DNA of 64,000 bases from the human T2T-CHM13v2.0 reference genome, Homo sapiens, in NCBI RefSeq assembly GCF_009914755.1, contig NC_060935.1; one strand, written 5' to 3'. Shown in pieces: positions 1-64,000 of this stretch. The notes below the pieces were generated by a model. That model was not told the DNA's origin, did no database searches, and worked only from the letters and a program-made list of their open reading frames with translations. Each line of letters begins with the position of its first letter. The stretch's first letter is position 1. A program made the translations under genes and the position numbers.

Positions 1-249
1 CTGGGTGGGGTGCTATTATTATGCATTCATTTTATTTTGGGCACTTGTCATGTGCTGGGCACCATACCAGGACCTGGAGACACAGCCCTTTGTGGGACAG
101 ACATGGTTTCTGCCCTTTGGAGCCCACAGCTGAGCTGGGTCTCTCCTGGACTGGAGCTCCTCAGAGTGTCTGTCCCAGAGCCCTGGGCCAGGCCCCACAT
201 AGAATGGACAGTTGTGAATCACAGTTTTTGTAGGGTGGGAGGGTGCATT

Positions 250-955
<706 letters not shown>

Positions 956-1891
956 GGTGTTTTGAAAACATCTTATTTTGAAATAATTTCAAAGTTATGG
1001 AGAAATTGCACGTTCAAAAAAGTAGGACTGCTATGTGCACTTCACTTCCCAGATTCACTGGGTGATAGCCACACTTGCTCAGTGATTTGTCTCTCTGCCT
1101 ACATATGTATTTTCTCTGAGTCATTTGAGCTTGGGTTGGTGACATTGAGCGCTTTGCCTCTGAATTCTCACCGCTCTCAGGATGGCACCCCTCATGGGCT
1201 CTCTCATGGGTGGAGATGGGGCCGTCTGTGAGCTGGCATACACACCCACCCTTACCTATGCCTGTGTCTACATTCTATAAAAACCAGGATTTCACTCTGA
1301 CCCCTCCAATGCTACCCCAGAACCCCAGAGTTCTCACTAGGGCTTGGGGGAATATTTTTAGAGAAACACAATGCCGGTGCTTTTGTATCTTACCAAGAGC
1401 ACAGCAGCACCCCTCACGGATCACCTCACCTCCAGGCTCCAGTTCTCCCTTGACACACTGATCTTTCTAACTCCCAGATTCACCAGATCAGTTTCTTGCA
1501 GTTGTGGCTGCACTCACAGTCCCCGAGGACCTGGCTCCGCACGCTGTGTCCCCATTCCCTCTCTTCCCCGTCTGCCCTGCCCACGCCTCTGCTGCACCAG
1601 CACACGCCTCCTACTGACCCCAGGGCCTTGGGCCTCCCACATGCTCTGCCTGGAATCCTTGCTTCCCTGTCTCTGCTGAACTGGGAACTCCCTGGAGGGG
1701 CAGCTATGCTTTCTCTGACTTTGGGCCCCAGCACCTGCATAGAGGTGGCGCTCAAAAGTGCTCGCCGATGTTGACGAATGAGAAAGGTGGGGACAGGGTG
1801 GCTGCAGACAGATGGGAGCAGGGCAAGGCCACGATGCACAGGAGGTGCAGGAGCCCCAGGCTGCTCCTGGCTAGAAGGCAGCAGCAGCTGA

Positions 1892-19306
<17,415 letters not shown>

Positions 19307-19825
19307 ACAGTCACGGGGAGGTGCTGGTTCCATGCCTGCTCTCGAGGCAGCAGTGGGTTCAGGCCCATCAGCTACCCCTGCAGCTGGGGAAGACTTATGC
19401 CATCCCGGCAGCGAGGCTGGGCTGGCCAGCCACCACTGACTATACCAACTGGGCCTCTGATGTTCTTCCAGTGAGGCATCTCTCTGGGATGCAGAACTTC
19501 CCTCCATCCACCCCTCTGGCACCTGGGTTGGTCTAATCCTAGTTTGCTGTGGCCTTCCCGGTTGTGAGAGCCTGTGATCCTTAGATGTGTCTCCTGTTTC
19601 AGACCAGCCCCACCATGCAACTTCCTTTGACTTTCTGTGTACCACTGGGATAGAGGAATCAAGAGGACAATCTAGCTCTCCATACTTTGAACAACCAAAT
19701 GTGCATTGAATACTCTGAAACCGAAGGGACTGGATCTGCAGGTGGGATGAGGGAGACAGACCACTTTTCTATATTGCAGTGTGAATGCTGGGCCCCTGCT
19801 CAAGTCTACCCTGATCACCTCAGGG

Positions 19826-19831
19826 CATAAA
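19826..19831 (+). terminator. MYO7A: Probable MYO7A polyadenylation signal (variant CATAAA); cleavage ~19850
   Basis: No AATAAA/ATTAAA seen after the stop; CATAAA is followed ~25 nt later by GU-rich GTGTCTTTG. Confidence 0.7.
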
Positions 19832-21183
19832 GCATGTTTCATTCTCTGGCCCGACAGTGTCTTTGCTCAGGGAGGGGAAGTGGAAGGGAAGGGCATGTGG
19901 GGTCAGGACAGGGCCTTGCAGGGGAGCAGCCTATATAACGACTTCTTTGGTCTTAACCTGCTGGGGCCAAGCTGGTCTGGGTTTGGGGGTTGGGGAGCTT
20001 GAGCTCAAGATGTGCCTTAAGTGGCTTAAAGGGAAGAGCTGAGATTGGGGTGGGTTGGGAGGAAGTGCTGGACATCAGGCTGGGAGGTGAGGACCAAGTG
20101 TGCATGAGCAGCTGGGGGTCTAGAGGAGGAATCAGCTTCTGGGCTGTAACTAGGGCCAGTGGAGCCACAGCGGCCCTTGCACCTGCCAGAAACACCTTGG
20201 CTCATCAAGACATGTCCAAGAACCCCAAGAACAATGCTGCCTTGGGTTAAATCTTCATGTCCAGTGGGTGCCAGTAAAATGTTACTTTGTGACCAGCATG
20301 GGACAACCAGGTTTGGCCATGACTGGAGTAGGGCTGCGGGTGGGGGTTTCAGACAGGGAAGGTGTGACTTAGAGGTGGGGCATCCTCAGACTGTGGCTGG
20401 GATGAGCACCTAGAGAAGTGATTGATTGATTGATTGATAGTGGAGAATCCCCTTGTGGGGAGGGTTTGTGATCTGCCCTCGAGGTCCCATACTTCAGCAG
20501 AGCCAGGTCCTGCTTCTTTTCATACACTACAGTGTCTGGGTCATCAGCATCTATGTGCCTGTCTACCCCACAAGGAGTGCTATTCCTGATCTCCTTAGCT
20601 GTTTGTTAGTGTAGGACTGGCTGGTGTGTGTAAATGGAGGCCTCAAACCAGAGAGCCCTGCTTTCTGGGATGGTAACGTGGCTGTTGGAGGACACAGCTC
20701 CACAGGTAGCCCAGGAGAAATCTGAGCCGGAAGGAAGGTGCTGTGGTAGTCTGCCTTATACCACCATCATAAAGAGGAGGAGGCTCAGGTCCAGAAAGGA
20801 TGTGTAAGTAAGTGGGAAGAGCTCAACTCACTGCTTCTAACTTTGTGCTGCCAGACAGAAGGGGCTCCAGATACTTGTTCTAAGCTCTGGTTTCCCCTCA
20901 AGGCCAAAAGCTCTTGAATGTGCATGGATTGTGCCCACCCTCTTACTGGGGAATCAGCAAACCACAAGCTATCAGGAAGTAGCCCACTGCACCATAGAGC
21001 AGTTAACGTGGGGTGGGGATGAGATCTTTTTCCCTGACCCATGCCCCTCTCATTCTGTGGCCCAGAGAATGAGATCACTCAGATGGCATCACTATTGCCC
21101 CCATCCCCCAGCCTTCATCACCCTGGTTGATCACGAGGGGTCCAAAGAATAGACCACTACCTCTGGCTTCCTGAGAGGTTGCC

Positions 21184-21189
21184 TTTACT
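21184..21189 (-). terminator. GDPD4: Possible GDPD4 polyadenylation signal (variant AGTAAA)
   Basis: tttact on +; no canonical hexamer seen on - between 21546 and 19850. Confidence 0.45.
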
Positions 21190-21546
21190 TATATGCACAG
21201 TCACTCCTTTAGCAGAAAATATTATGGAGGTGTTAGGATGAGATAAACCTGACAGCAACCAGTTCCAAGACCACACACAGCAGTTTTCCCCTTGCCTAGC
21301 CCCTTGAGATGCATTCTTGATAGCGAGAGCACAATGGTTCCCCTGAGAGCCTCCGTGGCCCTTCTGTGTGCCTTTATCAACCACTCCCCACCATCACCAC
21401 CCTTAGGCAGAGAGAGGAAGAAGCAGGGGAGATGTGGCTAATTCTTCTTTGGAAACACAGAAGGCTATGTCAGATGCAATGGAATATATTGTGACATAGG
21501 ATTATTTGGAGTATTCAGCCATGGGGATCTCTTAGAGGTCTCTTAT

Positions 21547-21876
21547 TTAAGGATAGGGGACCTCTATGGAGGGCATGGTTGGCTTATCCACCTTCAGGGT
21601 GGGCAATGTAGTTTGAAAGGTAGCCTCACTTGTAGCCTGCCTGGTGGGTGCTTGGGTGAGTTCAAAGACCACGGTGGGCATCGGTGGTTGAATCTCATGC
21701 TTGCCAGGCTTCAGAGGTGTGACAGCATTCTTGATAGGTAGTAGTTTCTTGGATGGTGCTGCAAAATTGAAATGGCCTTGGTGTTCCTTTCCACTCTTGG
21801 GTAGAGCCGGGTAGAGGGCTGCTAGAGTCCAAGGACCTTCCACAACTCGGACAGGAGGTTTCATGGCTATGTGCAA
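21547..21876 (-). CDS. GDPD4: Open 109-codon GDPD4 long C-terminal tail (LHIAMKPP...IEVPYP*), downstream of the microsatellite stop
   Basis: Uninterrupted ORF; I recall it as the tail of the long GDPD4 isoform; in frame with upstream exons only if the repeat is bypassed or has one unit. Confidence 0.7.
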   Translation of the reverse strand: MHIAMKPPVRVVEGPWTLAALYPALPKSGKEHQGHFNFAAPSKKLLPIKNAVTPLKPGKHEIQPPMPTVVFELTQAPTRQATSEATFQTTLPTLKVDKPTMPSIEVPYP

Positions 21877-21886
21877 ATCTATCTAT

Positions 21887-63152
<41,266 letters not shown>

Positions 63153-63574
63153 CTGAGGCAGAGGTAGAAAAGAAGGGCAGGGGTAGATAGGCTGAATTTA
63201 GCTACCTTGGTAGACAGGCTCCCCAGACAGTCCTTCAAGGTCACAAGTGTCACTAGGGCTCCTTACTCCCTCTCAAATCTTAGAAAAGGGCTACATATCA
63301 GTCATTTACACTTTGATGTCAATATTTTTCTGCTCTAGGGATCAATCTTTCATGATATATAATCACATTAGTGATCGTGAAAGACTAGCTTCTCTATTCA
63401 GGGGCTTTCTGGCATTAGGAAAACAGCAGGCACAGTAGTGGCCTGAAAATAAAGTGAATGGAGGTAGGGATGATGCAAGGTCCTCAGGTTCCAGGACCAT
63501 ACTAAGCAGGTGTCCACACAGTTTTCCTGTATTATTCTGATCCTTTCCCAGCTAGGCACTGCACTGAGTATTTC

Positions 63575-63941
<367 letters not shown>

Positions 63942-64000
63942 TAAGTTCCTTGTTCTTCTATCTGCAATTTGCTTTGGAGAATCTCTGATTTTATGAAACT

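Overview
Human genomic DNA (chr11q13.5 by gene content). Bases 1-~19850 hold the 3' part of MYO7A (myosin VIIA) on the + strand: 17 coding exons, 33-49 in the usual numbering, that splice into one continuous frame (end of FERM1, SH3, MyTH4-2, FERM2, stop at 19304-19306). Tail-to-tail on the - strand are the last 7 coding exons of GDPD4 (63152 down to ~21170). GDPD4 introns are packed with L1, Alu and MaLR/ERV LTRs, plus an ancient mitochondrial insertion (ND6-tRNA-Glu-CYTB). I found no prokaryote-type system. The unusual signals mostly concern splicing and mutational history: (1) a 70-bp x5 VNTR that copies the MYO7A exon 33 donor and builds potential in-frame micro-exons; (2) a minor-spliceosome intron with rare AT-AG ends; (3) an exon whose first 8 nt equal its own donor, a recursive-splicing candidate; (4) an (AGAT)5 microsatellite that puts a stop in front of an intact 109-codon GDPD4 tail; (5) a frameshifting CAGAG acceptor in GDPD4; (6) a NUMT that can be dated by nested insertions; (7) templated-repair scars. 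Exon numbers, repeat subfamilies and reference-allele comparisons are from memory, and repeat edges are approximate.
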